Position numbers and translations under genes: made by a program. The notes beneath the pieces are model-generated. The model was not told the origin of the DNA. It saw nothing but the letters and a program-made list of their open reading frames with translations, and made no database searches. From NCBI RefSeq assembly GCF_006345805.1, contig NC_043009.1, forward strand, positions 49,042,001 through 49,106,000: DNA of 64,000 nucleotides, in the 5' to 3' direction. Source of the stretch: Octopus sinensis (lineage: Eukaryota). Numbering within the stretch: the first letter of the stretch is position 1; each line of letters starts with the position of its first letter. Below are positions 12,857-28,016 of this stretch, in pieces.

Positions 12857-14932
12857 ATGTTCTGCTGTTTTATGGGCGGTTTGTTTCATTTCTATGGAGG
12901 AAACAATGCAGGTTAATAACGAATCTATTTCTTTCTCAATAGGTTCTAACAGATGCCAGCGCGAATATCCGATCGCACTTCTTTTCCATAATCGGTAACT
13001 GATCGATGTCAGTAACCCTAATTTACAATCATCATCATCATCATCATCATCCACATCATCTTCTTCTATACTAAGTGCTTACGAGACAAATTCGGGAAAG
13101 AAAAACAAGACTGGCTTCAGGACTCTAAGATGTGAGTTCCCTCGAAATTCGAGAGGACTGTGAGACATAGTTTTAGGAAGAGGTGCAGAAGACAACCAGA
13201 TTCTGGGCCGGCAGAGAGCCACGATAGAGAACTTTCTTGGCTTTCCAGAATCTGTCTCGGTAAATAGTTATTGGATCCTTCTCTGCTTCTGAAATCTGGA
13301 GGTTACAGGTCACTCGTTGACTTAGCGGGCTCTGGATCAACATGCCACCTAAACATAGCTTTTTATAGGCAGTGTTTACGTTTCTTTTCTTTCTTTTCAA
13401 GTTTTAAAATATTCTGTAAAGTATCTATAGTCACATGGGTTTCGATGAATTAAACCAGTGCATTTTAAACAAACTTTTTTATTTCAACCAAAGAAAACCA
13501 ATGAAACCGCCGCTTATCAGTCATATGATAAAAAAACAAACTTTGTCCTTTCCAAAGGCTGTACAACGCACTCAGCGAAACAGAAGATTTTCTTTCTCCA
13601 ATTTACGCCCGTCTTCGCCCGTAAAGATTTTGGAGTTATAAATGCTAAGGAAAGGTTTTGGCGCCGAAGCAGTACAAGTTTTCTATCATGATTTAGCCCC
13701 CAGGGGCTGAATGTATTAATTTAGATATTTTTTTGCCTCCGTTTTCACTCTAGGGGTTCTTGCTCAATCAATTTGTATATTTACCACGCTAATGGTTCTT
13801 TTTTCCAGGCAAACTTTGAGAGCACCTCATATTCTTCCCCATACTTATTGCCCATTAATATAGTTGTAATAATACATATTGACCTCTTTATCCATTTTCT
13901 TTAGGCAATATGATGAATAGGTCTTTTAAGAGTAATTATCCCTACCCGGCGCTTGAGATCTCTAGTTTATGCCTCCAGCCGGAGTGCTTAGCCTAACGTG
14001 TTTGAAAACCTTAGTCTGTGCCTGGACAACACAATTAACTTAAGACCAGAGGGTTTGTTTGCTCTTCCTGATCCAAAAGCTGTAAAACAAACATCTCACC
14101 ATCGTGGATGCAACTATACAAAAAAGATCTGTAGATTCAAAAGCAAGATAATTCTAGGTCGTAAATTGATGTGCTAAAAATAGTAGCCGAATTTGTATTA
14201 AAGTATATACTTACGGTTTTCAATATCATAGCTAAGACCACATCTGATAACGTAATATTAGTTTGATGACTGGTCGTGACTGGAACGCTTGCTGAATCAA
14301 GGCTAAAATGCTTGTCTAAAAAACAACAACGACGACTGTCACGTTGATGAAGCAACGAGAGATCCTCTGTGTGGTAGCTCGACCTGCCTGAAATAGTAGT
14401 CAAATGTTTCTCAAATCAAGTTCAACTAACTGTCCTAAAAACATCATGTTTTGATAAAAGACGAAATAGTCATATCCGGAATATATTCGATCAGGGACTC
14501 GCTCAATCAGGACTAATTTAGGGACACACAACTACAAAATCGACCATTTTGATGATTAGCTAAGTCTATGAAGAGCTTCGAGTAACTTCAGAGAACTCCT
14601 TGAAATTATAATTTTGTCTATTCATGATAACGTTACAAAATGTATGGAATAAAACTTTCCTCTTTCTCTACCGCAGTCAATTTCTCTCCCTCTCTCTGTG
14701 TTCTCTCTACGTACATTCATACGCATACTAAGACACAGGCGCATATGTGTTTGTTTGTATGAATGTATGTATGTACGTACGTACGTACTTACGTACGTAG
14801 GTACGTACGTATATATGTATGTCTTTATTTCATAAACTAACCGATAAATCCTATTACTAAACTTGATTCAATGATTAAGCACAAGAACTGATTTATTTCT
14901 ACAATTTTCTTCGCCGAAGCAATTCAGTGAAA

Positions 14933-14935
<3 letters not shown>

Positions 14936-15007
<72 letters not shown>

Positions 15008-15010
15008 TAA
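14936..15010 (+). repeat. (AAT)n microsatellite
   Basis: Pure trinucleotide tract. Confidence 0.95.
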
Positions 15011-15486
15011 AGAAAAATAAGGTAAAAAGGAACAACTGAACTGTGATTTCTCACCCATGTTTAATTACATACAATATATTGAACGATAAGTTTTATCCAT
15101 TAATAGCTAACCAGAGGTCAGTTGGGATAAAAGGTCAACAGTTGAAGATATCATATAGTTAGCTGATGTGGATGGATATTTTCTAAAGAAAGAAAGATTA
15201 AGAATAAGAACAGTTATAGTGAGTTCTTTTGATATGCTTGCTAGCTGAAAATTACCAGGCTATAAATTACTGCAAGCACACCGACAAATAGACAAGCAGT
15301 TCATTAAATAAAAATTATCTTCGAGCTTAAATGTCTGAAGCCAAGTTTTCCATTAACCTAGAAGATTTACTTCCAATTTTCCCACGACTCTTAGATAATA
15401 TCTCCGAATTGGAGGACGGGTTCTGTTTTACCATATTTACCACACACACCGAACATACACACACACACACACATACACACACATAC

Positions 15487-15538
<52 letters not shown>

Positions 15539-17821
15539 AGATGCAAAAATAGGGAAACTAAGACCCATGGTCAATCAAGTAAATGTGATAAAGGACCGTA
15601 AAGGAAATGTAGAAATTCATACGATATTTTCGTGTTGATTTAAATTAGTGTTTGGCGTCAGAAGGATAATGTGCTATTACGGTCTAAGATGAAATTACGT
15701 AATATAGTACAAAGAACCCTTCGGTGGACAAACGTACATATATACAAGCATATATATATTTATGAGTTTACAGAAACCTACAGGAACTTAATTTTTAATG
15801 GGTGAAGGATTCACCACCGATAAAGGAAAGAATAAAACCCAGTTGTTTTTTTGTTTTTTTTTATTTACTTAGATAATTATCCTTTGTAAGTTTGCCACCG
15901 AACAAATGAACGGCTAATCAGCAAGACACAACAAACATAGCATATGTTTATGTGTGTGTGTGTGTGTTCACATAGCCATGCCAGACGTAATGATCTGAGA
16001 TGGGGAAAAGAAATTATGCACAGCGTTATAAATCAGTTGTCCAACAGACGTTAAGATAATATTAACGATAACAGAAAAACAGAATATCTGTGGAAAACTA
16101 ATGAGAAATCTGCAGATATTAAACCCAGACAATAGACTTTCGATTTGTTCCTTTGATTATTGTTACGCTTGGTTATATAATTAACGCCTTCAACACCAAT
16201 TTACTCATATTTTCTTGTAATCGCGTCGGTGATCACTCAGGATGTGTTGAATCAACTCCAGTCAATGAGTCCACCATATCCCAAACAGAAACCGACCACG
16301 CATTGCAAACACAGACGTCTGCAGTGAAAATCGTCAAACGATGCACACCATACACGCGAGGACCAGATGTCGATTCGAATTAGACTTCATTGCATTAATA
16401 CATTTGCATCTGTTTTCTTTACCATTCAAGTTACACCGAGCAAGATTGTTGTTACGATTGCATTGCGGGTGAGTTCGTCCTGTTGATGACAGAGCGTGAC
16501 CAAAATCAAAGGAGGCATCTTTTGAGCCAAGGTTTTTGAATGGAATGACCTGACCGTGAAAACTCCGAATCATGTAAACAGGCGCACATACGTTCTCCCT
16601 TACACCATTTGTTTATTTTTCTGCCTCTCACTCTCTCTCTTTCTCTCTCTCTCAGAAGTATTATCTCATAGATTAATTTACTGGTCCAAAATCTATGGAA
16701 GGTAGTTGACACAAATTACAGGCCATTAAGCTGATGATCGCGTGTTTGAGTTCTCAACTTCTGATGTAGGCGTAAAAGGAAACGACATGACATGCTCTGC
16801 GCCAGTCTTCTCTGTTTCGCGTGTTGTGTGTCAGAGTTCGAGTATCTGCTAATTATTTACTTGTCCATTCTTAGACACTGTCAGTCCACCGCTAATTCTC
16901 TCCCCACCACCAGTCCTTGAACACTCATTTTCGCAAGTCCATTGAATTGCTACACTGATGTAATACTATCTCAGCTGTTTCCCACTTTGCCGCTGCGTGA
17001 AGGCATTCATTGTAGGTAATGAGTTGTTGAATGGTTTAAAGTGCAAGTTCATTTATAAAGTGGTCCAAGTATGAAAACCCTTTGATATTGCAGTAACAAG
17101 CAGTCTAATCTTTCTTCCATTGTGATGCCATACATCTCTTTACGGATTTCGGATTGTGATCCTTGGTCATTATTACACCCTCTCTCACCCAGATATTTTA
17201 ACTGCTGAACAATCTCTAGTTCCTCTCCTTATTTGATGATATCTTCTGTAATAAAGCTGTTGGCTTTTAAGTTTCAGTTTTACAGCACTGATTGCCTCCC
17301 TATATAAAATAAAACAGTGATTCTCAACCATATTTTGACAATAGACCGTTTCGAATCATATCTTATTCTGCTGGAACTCATTAGCTATTCGAGAATTATT
17401 TAAAAAAATAACATTGTACTTTTATACTAACTACTATTAGGAATTGCATAAAAAAATTGTTGAAATGTTTTGTGTATCGTAGAAGTATAACCATTATGTT
17501 GCAGATAAGTATCACCAACAAAAACTTATATGAACCTCAAAAGGTCAAAGGAACCACTGAAATAAAGTCTATTTAAAAATCTGTAACTGATGTTAATCAC
17601 TTTGTCCTCTGAAATTTGTGATACTCATGCACCTCTCATGCTAGATATGCCTGTGAGATGGCCAAGAGCATTGTTCATGGGTCGCTCCAGAAAGATACTT
17701 TAGACTGGCGGAGCAGAAGCAGCTTTGATGGATTCCAACGGTAGTATGCTGCAAACCCAAGACTGTGGTTTCATCAATATCCTCATTGCTTATTTGACAG
17801 AGAAAGTTTTAGTGTTCTTAC

Positions 17822-17845
17822 CTGCTCCATCAGGATGGCTGTTAA
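17822..17845 (-). other. Candidate 24-nt micro-exon of an unidentified gene
   Basis: Minus strand: CTTACTGAT branch-like motif, pyrimidine tract, CCATCAG|TTAACAGCCATCCTGATGGAGCAG|GTAAGA. Open in phase 0 (LTAILMEQ) and phase 1 (NSHPDGA). Splice signals only. Confidence 0.25.
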
Positions 17846-18148
17846 CTGATGGAGTGAGGGAAGGGACACATCAGTAAGAAAGAGATTACGTGGGGAAACA
17901 TTGATTTGAACAAAATTACGACATGCAACAAAAGACGTTTGCCTGCGTTAGAATTATAAGCGGGAAAAATTAGGCACAAATGTTGACTATACATATAAAA
18001 GCTGGACAGATGGAACATATTCCGCATCAGTTGTTCTAAGATAAACATTTTCTAACCCTAAGAACAGTTCTGACCGTCATAGATGTAGTGAAATTATAAC
18101 CAATTTTTTGCTCCCAACGTGTGATATAAGCATTAAAATAATCTAAAC

Positions 18149-18623
18149 TGACATATTGGTTTTAAGTTTTGGCACAAGGCCAGCATTTTCCGAGGCGAGG
18201 TTAAGTCGATTACATTGACTCAAGTGCTCAACTAGTACATGTTTTATCGATCTCGAAAGGATGAAATACCTAGTCGACCTCGGCGGATTTTGAACTCAGA
18301 ATGTAAAGACGGATGAAATGACGCTAAGCATTTTAGCCAGTGTGCTAACGGTTCTGACAGTTCGTCGTCTTCAGATGATTGACATATTGATTTCAAGTTT
18401 TGGCACAAGGTCAGGAAGTTCGTTCGGTGAGGGTATAAGTCGATTACATCGACCCAAGTGCTCAAATGGTATTTATTTTATAGATTGCGAAGGGATGAAA
18501 GACAAAATCGACCTCGGTGGAATTTGAACTCAGAATGTAAAGAACGGACGAGATGCTGATAAGCATTTTGCCCGGCGTGCTAACAGTTCTACCAGTTCGC
18601 TGCCTTTAAATGATTGACATATT
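18149..18623 (-). mobile_element. Tandem pair of family A SINEs bracketed by three TGACATATT direct repeats
   Basis: TGACATATT at 18149, 18380 and 18615, with one SINE between each pair. Confidence 0.85.
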
Positions 18624-19551
18624 AACAAGCAGAATGCAATCCGTTTGACCAGAGACACATAGGTAATATCTCAACTAGAAATTTAAACACATTGTCACGG
18701 AACGTAGGATAATAATTATATACCTAATTAACGAGTAAGAATTGCAAATAAGTATTGTATCACAATGCTGCCATATTATTCTGTACACCAGTTGAAGATA
18801 TTCCTCAAATCCTCAGCAGCTTCCTCACTCTCTCCGAAATTCGACTTTCATGTCAAGCATGGAATTAGCGTACAAAACTCCTTACATGCAGCCATCCCTT
18901 GAAATATTGGAAACAGCATGTAAATAATTAAATTCTTGCGCAATGTTCAAACAGCGTATTGTATATGGAAATTTTTTGGCAATACAGATATTAAGTTTAT
19001 ATTCACTTTGAACCAAAATAAATTGAACCATTTCAAAGTCGAAGATGTATTACATACATTAGATTAAAGATGACAGCGTTGAAATATAGGACCAAGCTTT
19101 ACAATATCTCAAAGGTTTGTCGACTCATTATTCCAGTTTGATTTTACGTTTACTTACATCGCAGTTTATGAGATAACAACGGAAAGTCAAAATGGCCAAT
19201 GAGATACTGTCAGGGTTGACGCTAAGAGCTATCATTTACATAGAATTATTATATATATCAAGACAGAATATATTTTGTCATGCAGAATTAAACTTATTAT
19301 CTGTATTGAATGTTTCGTAATTATTTTCTCTTATTTGTTATCGGATTTACAGGATTTGGTGAGCAAACCTGATATTTACCGTTTATTTTCAACCAAAGGA
19401 AAGATAATATAACTCTGTCGTATCGAATGTGATAAAAGCAAGTAAATGCATTTGAAATCACGATAGTTTTCTTGTCAGACACAAAGGCTCACTCGCACAT
19501 GCATCAGACATACTATCAACTATCCTTCTCTTCTCTCTCCCTTTTCCACTG

Positions 19552-19630
<79 letters not shown>

Positions 19631-19649
19631 ATACCTCCCCTTTTCCGAG

Positions 19650-19872
19650 CTCTCCTGTCTAACTACTGCTGTCCAGCCAGCCGCCATAATTGACCGTTAG
19701 CTCGAAAAGTTTTATTATTCTCTCTATGCGTATTTCCTCGTGTTTCGTTGTGTTGAAGAGCGTAGGCTCGAAACGTAAAAGATTTTCTCGCCTTCCTGAG
19801 CGTTAAATTAATACACCTGTTTGTTGTTATACACATGCCTTCGTCTTTTGTTTTTCTGTAAATTTCAACTAT
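19650..19872 (+). mobile_element. Short (TA)n-embedded element with degenerate minimal hammerhead (19745-19782)
   Basis: TGTTGAA-GAGC-GTAG-GCTC-GAAA-CG-TA-AAAGA. Homologous to 47398-47600 and 47662-47832. Confidence 0.7.
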
Positions 19873-20246
19873 ATACATACATATATATATATATAACCTA
19901 TACAATAAGTATGTCTATTATATAGCACATATTCTACGGACGTTAGGAAGCACATATAATGAAACTTTAAACTAAACAAATTCAAGGACTGTTGACTTTC
20001 TTATATTTTCACTCTCTACCATCTGTTCAAATTTCACATGGTTCAACTTGTCTTTCCTTTCATCGAAATCGCTAATATCTGCCTGTGTACGTTTCTGCGT
20101 GCGCATGTGTGTTTTCCTCCAGTGTCAAAACTTACAGCATACCAGCTATTCTAACACTAATCTCTCTTCAAATGATAATATTGCTTGGTTAGAAGAGTTT
20201 TGCTTTCTACCAATGCATGCAATGGCTCAATATTAATTTTGATGTG

Positions 20247-20655
20247 AAGACGGTGGACTGGCAAAGTCGTTAGCACGCTAGGCGGCGAGCTGGAAGAAAC
20301 GTTAGCACGTTGGGCGAAATGTTTAGCAGTATTTCGTCTGCCGCTACGTTCTGAGTTCAAATTCCGCCGAGGTCGACTTTGCCTTTCATCCTTTCGGCGT
20401 CGATAAATTAAGTACCAGTTGAGTACTGGGTCAATCTAATTGACTACCTCCCTCCCCCTTGTGCCTAGAGTAGAAAAAGAGTCGTTAACACGCTGGGCAA
20501 AAGACTGAGCATCATTTCGTTCGTCTTTACGTTCTGAGTTCACATTCCGTCGAAGTTGACTTTGCCTTTCATCATTTTGAGGTTGATAATATAACTACCA
20601 GTTGAACCTGGGGTACGACACGATGTAATCGTCTTACTCCCTCCTTCGAAATTTA
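20247..20655 (+). mobile_element. Family A SINE cluster (duplicated head plus two bodies)
   Basis: GTTAGCACG head motif three times. GTTCTGAGTTCAAATTCCGCCGAGGTCGAC body at about 20348 and a variant at about 20530. Confidence 0.85.
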
Positions 20656-21901
20656 AAATCAACATTAATTTAAAATCAATTAATAATTTAAAATCAATAT
20701 TAATTTAAAAGTGAACGCTATACAAAAATAAAGAGCATCTAGGTAAGCGACACGATCTGTTCCATCCTTGGTTGATACCATGTTATTGGAGTGTCTATGA
20801 TTATGTTTCGTTATGGCTTAACCCCAGGCCTATCATTATGGAATAGAATGAGGATTCTTAGAGATGCATAATTATGTTTTTCTTTGTCCGGATTACTTGA
20901 GTTCTGTCGGTTTTCAGACAATAGAAAAAAGGATAATGAGGTCTCACATTTCAGTGGAAGAGAAGATGATTACGGTTGCAAAAAAGCTAGGGTTAAATTT
21001 CAATTTTCAGTATCTCCGTCATATTGTTCTCCTATTCTTATTATTGAGCACCGGGACGTCCTGTCCCTCAGTCGGCAGAACTCTGGTACTCGAAACGAGA
21101 AAATCTTGCCTTTATGTATATTTAGATATACTGTATATCCAAAAGTCTAATCAACTTTTAACGATGGTAGACTATGATTTGGGTAAGACTTGTCTGTTTG
21201 CATGTGATAGGAGGACACAAAAAGACAGAGGCACGTTCTTTTACGGGCTGAAACCTTTTGGCACAGTCATGTCGGCGTCACCTATTCGGCATCATTGATT
21301 CGATACTGATTAATTTGTCATCAGACGTTTTAGTGTTTCTCTCGTTCTCTTCCTCCCTATCTCTCTCTCTCCCATCTCTTTCTTCCACCTCTCTTTCTCT
21401 CCTTGCTCTCTCCCATCTCTTTCTTCCATCTCTCTTTCTCTCCTTGCTCTCTCCAATCTCTCCTTCTCTCCTCTCTCCTATCTCCTATCTCTTTCTCTCT
21501 TTCTCTCTCAGTGTTTATATGTGTGAGTAGTAAGTTATGCTTGTATGTATATGTAATGTCTTTTCTCTCCTACTACCTATCTCGCCCTCTCTCTCCCTCT
21601 CTCATCACCCTTATACCCTCTCTCTGAATGTGTATATTTCTGCGTGCGCCCGCGTGTTTACCTGTATATTTACAGGCTGAATATACAATAAGCCATACCA
21701 AATAGCTAGCATCTAAACAACTGCGTTTAATCGTTTCATTTTAAGACCCTATATTTATGAGATGCCCGAAGATTGTAACCATTTTTAATAGGATGGCAAA
21801 CGATATCGCTGTGAGAGGAGAATCAAATGTAAGCACGTGGAGGCTACGTATAATGATGAATTAAAAGAGCAGTAAATTCCACAAAGGAAAGTTGACCATA
21901 T

Positions 21902-22290
21902 GTGCAGGCGTCACTGTGAGGTAAGAAGCTTGCTTACCAGCCACATGGTTCTGGGTTCAGTCCTACTGTGTAGCACCTTGGACAAGTGTTTTCTACTGTA
22001 GCCTCGGGCCGACCAAGGCCTTGTGAGTGGATTTGGAGGCGGAAACTGAAAGAAGCCCGTTGTATATATATGTATGTATATGTTTGTCTGTATTTGTCCC
22101 ACCCACCATCAATTGACAACCGATGCTGGTGTGTTTACGTCCCCGTAACTTAGCAGTTCGGCAAAAGAGACCAATAGAATAAGTACTAGGCATGAAAAGG
22201 ATAAGTCCTGAAGTCGATTTGTTTGACTAAAGTCAGTGCTCCAGCATGGCCGCTGTCAAATGACAGAAACGAATAAAAGAAAAAAGAAAG
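21902..22290 (+). mobile_element. tRNA-derived SINE, family B (CORE-like, OR-type)
   Basis: GGTTCTGGGTTCAGTCC B-box region, GCACCTTGGACAAGTG CORE-like motif, GCTCCAGCATGGCCGC 3' part. Family name is recalled, not searched. Confidence 0.85.
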
Positions 22291-22294
22291 CAAT

Positions 22295-22790
22295 CGATTA
22301 TATCTGCGCCTTGGAGGGCATTTAACTCAATTAAGGGTGTGCTCTAAGCAACGCTAGACAATTACATACGTACCAAATTCTTCAATAGTACCGTCCTATG
22401 TGCGTTTTTATGCCCAAATGCGACATGGACTACTACGAAGAAGATAGAACATCGATGCAAAGGGCCATTGAAAGATTAATGCTAGAAACATAACCAAGAG
22501 GGGACATTCGAAATGAAATACTTTGAGAACGGAGCAGAGTGAACGGTGTGAACACAGAGTACCAAACGCATAAGGTCAACTGGGTCTGACGGGTTGCAAG
22601 GTTCACAGACAAGAGTTGCACCGATGAAGTTGTCGTGTTGTATCCAAGAGATAGGAAAAAGCCGCTCAACGGCGATGGGAATACGATTTAGTCAAGCAAC
22701 GTGGATCAAGATAGGAAAAAAATGGCACAATCAAGACAAAATTGGAAGCGCATTCTAAGCAGCAGTGTATAACATATCTGCTGTTCTAGT
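22295..22790 (+). mobile_element. RTE-clade LINE, degenerate 3' RT/thumb fragment
   Basis: Frame-broken translation WRAFNSIKGVL..KFFNSTVL..ATWTTTKK..QRAIERLML..IRNEIL..VARFTDK..YPRDRKK..RWE matches the RTE pattern QRAMERSMLG..IRNEEIR..RWAGHVAR..YPRD.KR..RW. Confidence 0.75.
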
Positions 22791-23499
22791 CGATATTGCT
22801 CCTCAGAGATATGTGGTCTTGTTTGAATGTTACGCACCCACATTCTTGTGGCTAGTAGCGTATGATGTAGCCAGCCAAGTTCCCAGTGAACTGAGAATTG
22901 CAGATCAGGTGATGGATGGCCATTCACTTAACAGATATTGATAGAACCCTTTAGAAAATTTTACGTGAACGTCGCTGTTATTATTTAGTTTCTCATAAAT
23001 TTGCGGTTTTCTGCCACAATAATCAATAATATTATTAAATTATTTTTACTGATATAATTCGAAAATTTAAACCAAACAACCCCAGCCAAAGAAATAAAAA
23101 AGTACATATATATATATATATATATATATAAACAAAATAAAACAGAAAAAAATACGTTGTAAAGTAAATTTCATTTTTATAAGAAGCGAAATACCTCTCT
23201 CTAGCCTGCAGTGAATTTTTAGTTTGATATTTAACAATTTTGTTGTTGCTGTTGGTGTTGTTGCTGCTGTTGTTGTTGCTGTTGTTGTTGTTGTTATTAT
23301 GTATGTGATTTTCAGACTTTACATGTATTCAGCCTGAAGCTAGAATCAATGAGAACCAGTAACTTCCTACTTGAAGACAGTTCGATATTGACTTAACGCA
23401 ACAGAAAATATGCCTATAACATATCAAGCAGTAATATCGTTTTACATATGAATTCACGCTATCCATTCTATAAATATAACTGATATAACAAGCCACGCA

Positions 23500-23507
23500 C
23501 GCACGCG

Positions 23508-23576
<69 letters not shown>

Positions 23577-23582
23577 ACACAC
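23500..23582 (+). repeat. (CA)n microsatellite
   Basis: Long pure tract. Confidence 0.95.
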
Positions 23583-23918
23583 AAGTATGTATATGTATGT
23601 GCATATATGAATATATATGTGTATATATACATATGTATATCTGTCTACCTTTCTGTATCCATATCTGTATTTATCTATGTCTAGATGAGTAGATACATAG
23701 ATAGATAGATAGATAGATAGATATAGAGGGAAGAGAGAAAGAGAGAGATGTATAAGTGTGCGTGAGTAAATATAATCACATATTAAGTTGGTTACTTTTG
23801 ACTATATTTTTACATCATATTCTTCTAAATCTTCTTTCGTTCTCATAATACTATCATAACTGCTGTTGCTGCTGTTGTTGTTGTTGTTTCTGCTGCTACT
23901 GCTGCTGCTGCTGCTGCA

Positions 23919-23973
<55 letters not shown>

Positions 23974-24199
23974 ACTACTCTCGTATTTTCAAATGCTTCA
24001 GGTAAGTTTCTTCAACATCACAAAGTACATCCGCATGTTCTTAGACGACTTTGTACGACATTGTCATATGGAGGTACGAATTGTGCTTGTATCCTACCAT
24101 TTTATCTATTCCACATTTATCTCTTTCTCGTGAATATATCTGTACTTTACATGTGTTTGTCGCGATGGTGGTAGTGGTGGTGGTGGTGGTGGTGGGCAT

Positions 24200-25700
24200 G
24201 GCTTAGAATTTACGACTGATTGTTTACCAAAGCATTTGTGTCCACGTCTTGTTCTTTGTAACATTTCGGTTAAAACTATCGGTATTAGTGCTAGTCCTCT
24301 TCACAAATTCTTCTAATACAGACATAGTCTTTGTATATATTTTTTATTTCTGGAGCTACCTTACTCATGGGTTCTCTTTCCGAGATCTCCCTGAGAAGTT
24401 TCAAGTCAAAAACGATTTTGTAGTCGTTCTATTTCATACTCAGCCCTTTCTTTCTCTTCTTTCAGTTTTCATTTAAAACTTTCTTGACCCGTGATTGCTC
24501 TTTCCAACCTCATAAGCCTTTCCAACATCCCTTCTACTTTTTCGTTCGTCCCATGTATTTCTTTAGTCTACGATTTTATTGTAGTAAAGATTTCTTTAGT
24601 TGCAGAATGGTTGGTTATGGGCTTGTAGATTTTAGTGCTTGCCGTTTCACTTCGTTTAGGTTGCAAGTTGATTTTCCTTTCACTGAATCAGTCAGGTCTT
24701 ATCTGTGGGTCCTTGGGTGTCTCTGTTACATATTTTAAACGGACGTTTGGAATCTTATTAGATTTTGGCGTTTCTTTCCTTTCCTATATGTTATACAATA
24801 TTTAGACTCAGATGTTATGTTCGTAGTATTTTAGCAATATTTTCAGTGTTGATTTCTTTGCTACACATATTCCTCTCCAAAACTTTTCTATTTCTCTTAC
24901 AGTTGAAGTTGCATTGATTTCTATTTCAGTTTTATCAGCTTCTTGATAAAATCATTGTAGATTAGAATCGAAGTGTTTGTCTTCAATGAATCATTGTCGT
25001 TTTCCATAAGGACGGGTTCTGGCAGATTATTTCTGATTTGGAGAGACTCTCTTGTTTCAGGTGATCTTTGATTTTGGATATACCGTACTTCTAAGTCACG
25101 TGTCTCTTGTATTGGTATCTCACCTCGGTTTTCTTTTTTTAGCTTCATTATTCTATTATTGACATCATTAACGATTGCGACACCATTCCTAGTATTTTCC
25201 TTCTTTTCCTTTGTACATTCGTCATACAAAATGATGATTGGATTTTCCTTATTCACATACGAGTAGGTCGCAAAAATACCTACTTTCTTTTATAACTGCA
25301 GAGGCCGTTCCATACACTATTTCATGTAGACTGATAATATCAATGTTTGTGCTTGTTTCAATTTCATCGTTGATCGCAAATCTCACAAATTTTGTTGCAA
25401 GTTTATAATTGAGTTTCATCTTGGGAGTTAATTTCGTTGTCCAGAGCAAGATCTATTGTTTGTGATCCTTCAATCATACCTAACTTTCGACTATCTTGGT
25501 CACAACTTTTTTTCACTTATAGAATTTCCTATTCTTAAATCTCACTTTTCTTTATAACTTTGATTGCATTTTTTTCTTATGATAATCAGTATTCTGCAGT
25601 TGTTCCAAGATTTGAAACTTTCGTCTTATTCATTTTATTTGTTTTCACAGGTTTGTTCAATTTCCGCTCTATTAACCCTAAATGTTTTTTAGTGTTGTTT
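24200..25700 (-). mobile_element. R4/Dong-clade non-LTR retrotransposon, heavily decayed N-terminal plus RT fragment
   Basis: Co-linear relics on the minus strand: SLHEIVYGTASAVIKE; EIEKFWRGI; KETPKSNKIPNVRLKYV (cf. KAPGPDKIPNFWLK); PKRSETASTKIYKPIT (cf. PK..D..NPKNYRPIT); KGCWKGL*GWKEQ (cf. QKGCRKGSYGCKEQL); KKRKKGLSM..DY (cf. NLSMAWIDYKKAFD). Many stops and frameshifts. The upstream boundary is uncertain. Confidence 0.75.
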
Positions 25701-26478
25701 ACAACTTCCCGATTATTCATTGTCAATTGAAAAAAACATAATTTCTTTTAAAGGAATTTCAATTCCATATATTTCGTATATAAATTTGTTTACGGTTTAT
25801 AAATTCATATATTTTATATATGTTTTTCTTCTTGAGCTAACTGCACAGTTAATACTTTCAGATAGAGGTAATTATATAAAAAGTATACGAATATATATAA
25901 ATTATACGAACATATTGTATTTTCGATTTTTTTTTTATATATGGTGTTGCTATAAAATATAGATGTAGAATAAAAACATATTTCTCTCGTATATGTTTCT
26001 TCGATTTTACTGTCATAAGCACAAAGCTATAGAATTGTACTAGATATATATAGTCATCGTTTCCGTCGCATAGCTGAGTTCTGCAAGTGTGATTTGTCGG
26101 ACGTTTTGTGTAAAGTGTCAAACTAACACATACCACTTTTAATAATGATATATAGGATGCGTTACATAGTGTGACATTTTGCATACGTGATTGGTGTATT
26201 ACAATATTATGAATAGCATTGATATGCCTTACCTTTGAATTGTATCTCAATATTTTGTGCTACTACATACATACATACATACACAAACACACACACACAC
26301 ACACTCATATGTATATATATGCCACTAACGGATATCTCAAAACAAAAGACTATTAATTAGCATTCAATAATGAGCTTACCAGTGAAGACAAACGATCAAT
26401 ATCAATAAACGTAATCACCAGAAAACATGAACACCTAAACATGGTCGACCTTACGAGGATGAAAGAGAATTTTATATA

Positions 26479-27440
<962 letters not shown>

Positions 27441-28016
27441 AAATTAAATTATACTTTATGAATTAAATATACTTTATTGAACATAGTCGAAAAATAAACG
27501 TACCAATACATAAATCGGAAAATAATGCTAACCTAAGAAATAATCAACGTTGAACGGTGATTAGTTACAGAGATACACCAATAGACATTGCTGCCCAAGA
27601 GGCTTTAACATATTTAAAATGACAAAAACTTAATTAAAATGAATGATACGTAAACTAGCAGAGTAACATATCACTAACTATCAGGTTTAGACATCTAAAA
27701 TCAATGTGGCATGGGAATAAACTAGTGTTGACCAATTTTTATTAAATATAAACCTTAATTATCGAAATATACTTTTAAACAAATTTTTAGCATATAAAAT
27801 TTATGAAAAATAAATTTAGGAAATTTAGGAAAAATATCCGTAAAATACTTATATCTCAAAAACATCCCAAAAATTAACGAAATAACGGAATAATATAACA
27901 CTGCAGCTATCATGTATTAGTCACCTACGATTTTTGAATAAATCAAATGACCACGTACTAAATATAGTGTATAAACTGACATTTTCGTTTAAAAATTATA
28001 TATAATCTAAAAAAAA

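Noticed and set aside
13480-14100. Faint RTE-like relic on the minus strand (SGLKL.., DLKRRVGI..)
   Set aside because: Only two or three short motif resemblances and no catalytic motif; cannot be supported without an HMM search.
18780-18850. Minus-strand peptide EDLRNIFNWCTE resembling a CR1 RT segment
   Set aside because: Isolated 12-residue resemblance with no flanking motifs.
23866-24007. Signal-peptide-like poly-Leu frame ending at a perfect CAG|GTAAGT donor (24001)
   Set aside because: No ATG, the hydrophobic run is a (CTA/GCT)n repeat, and about one perfect donor is expected by chance in this much sequence.
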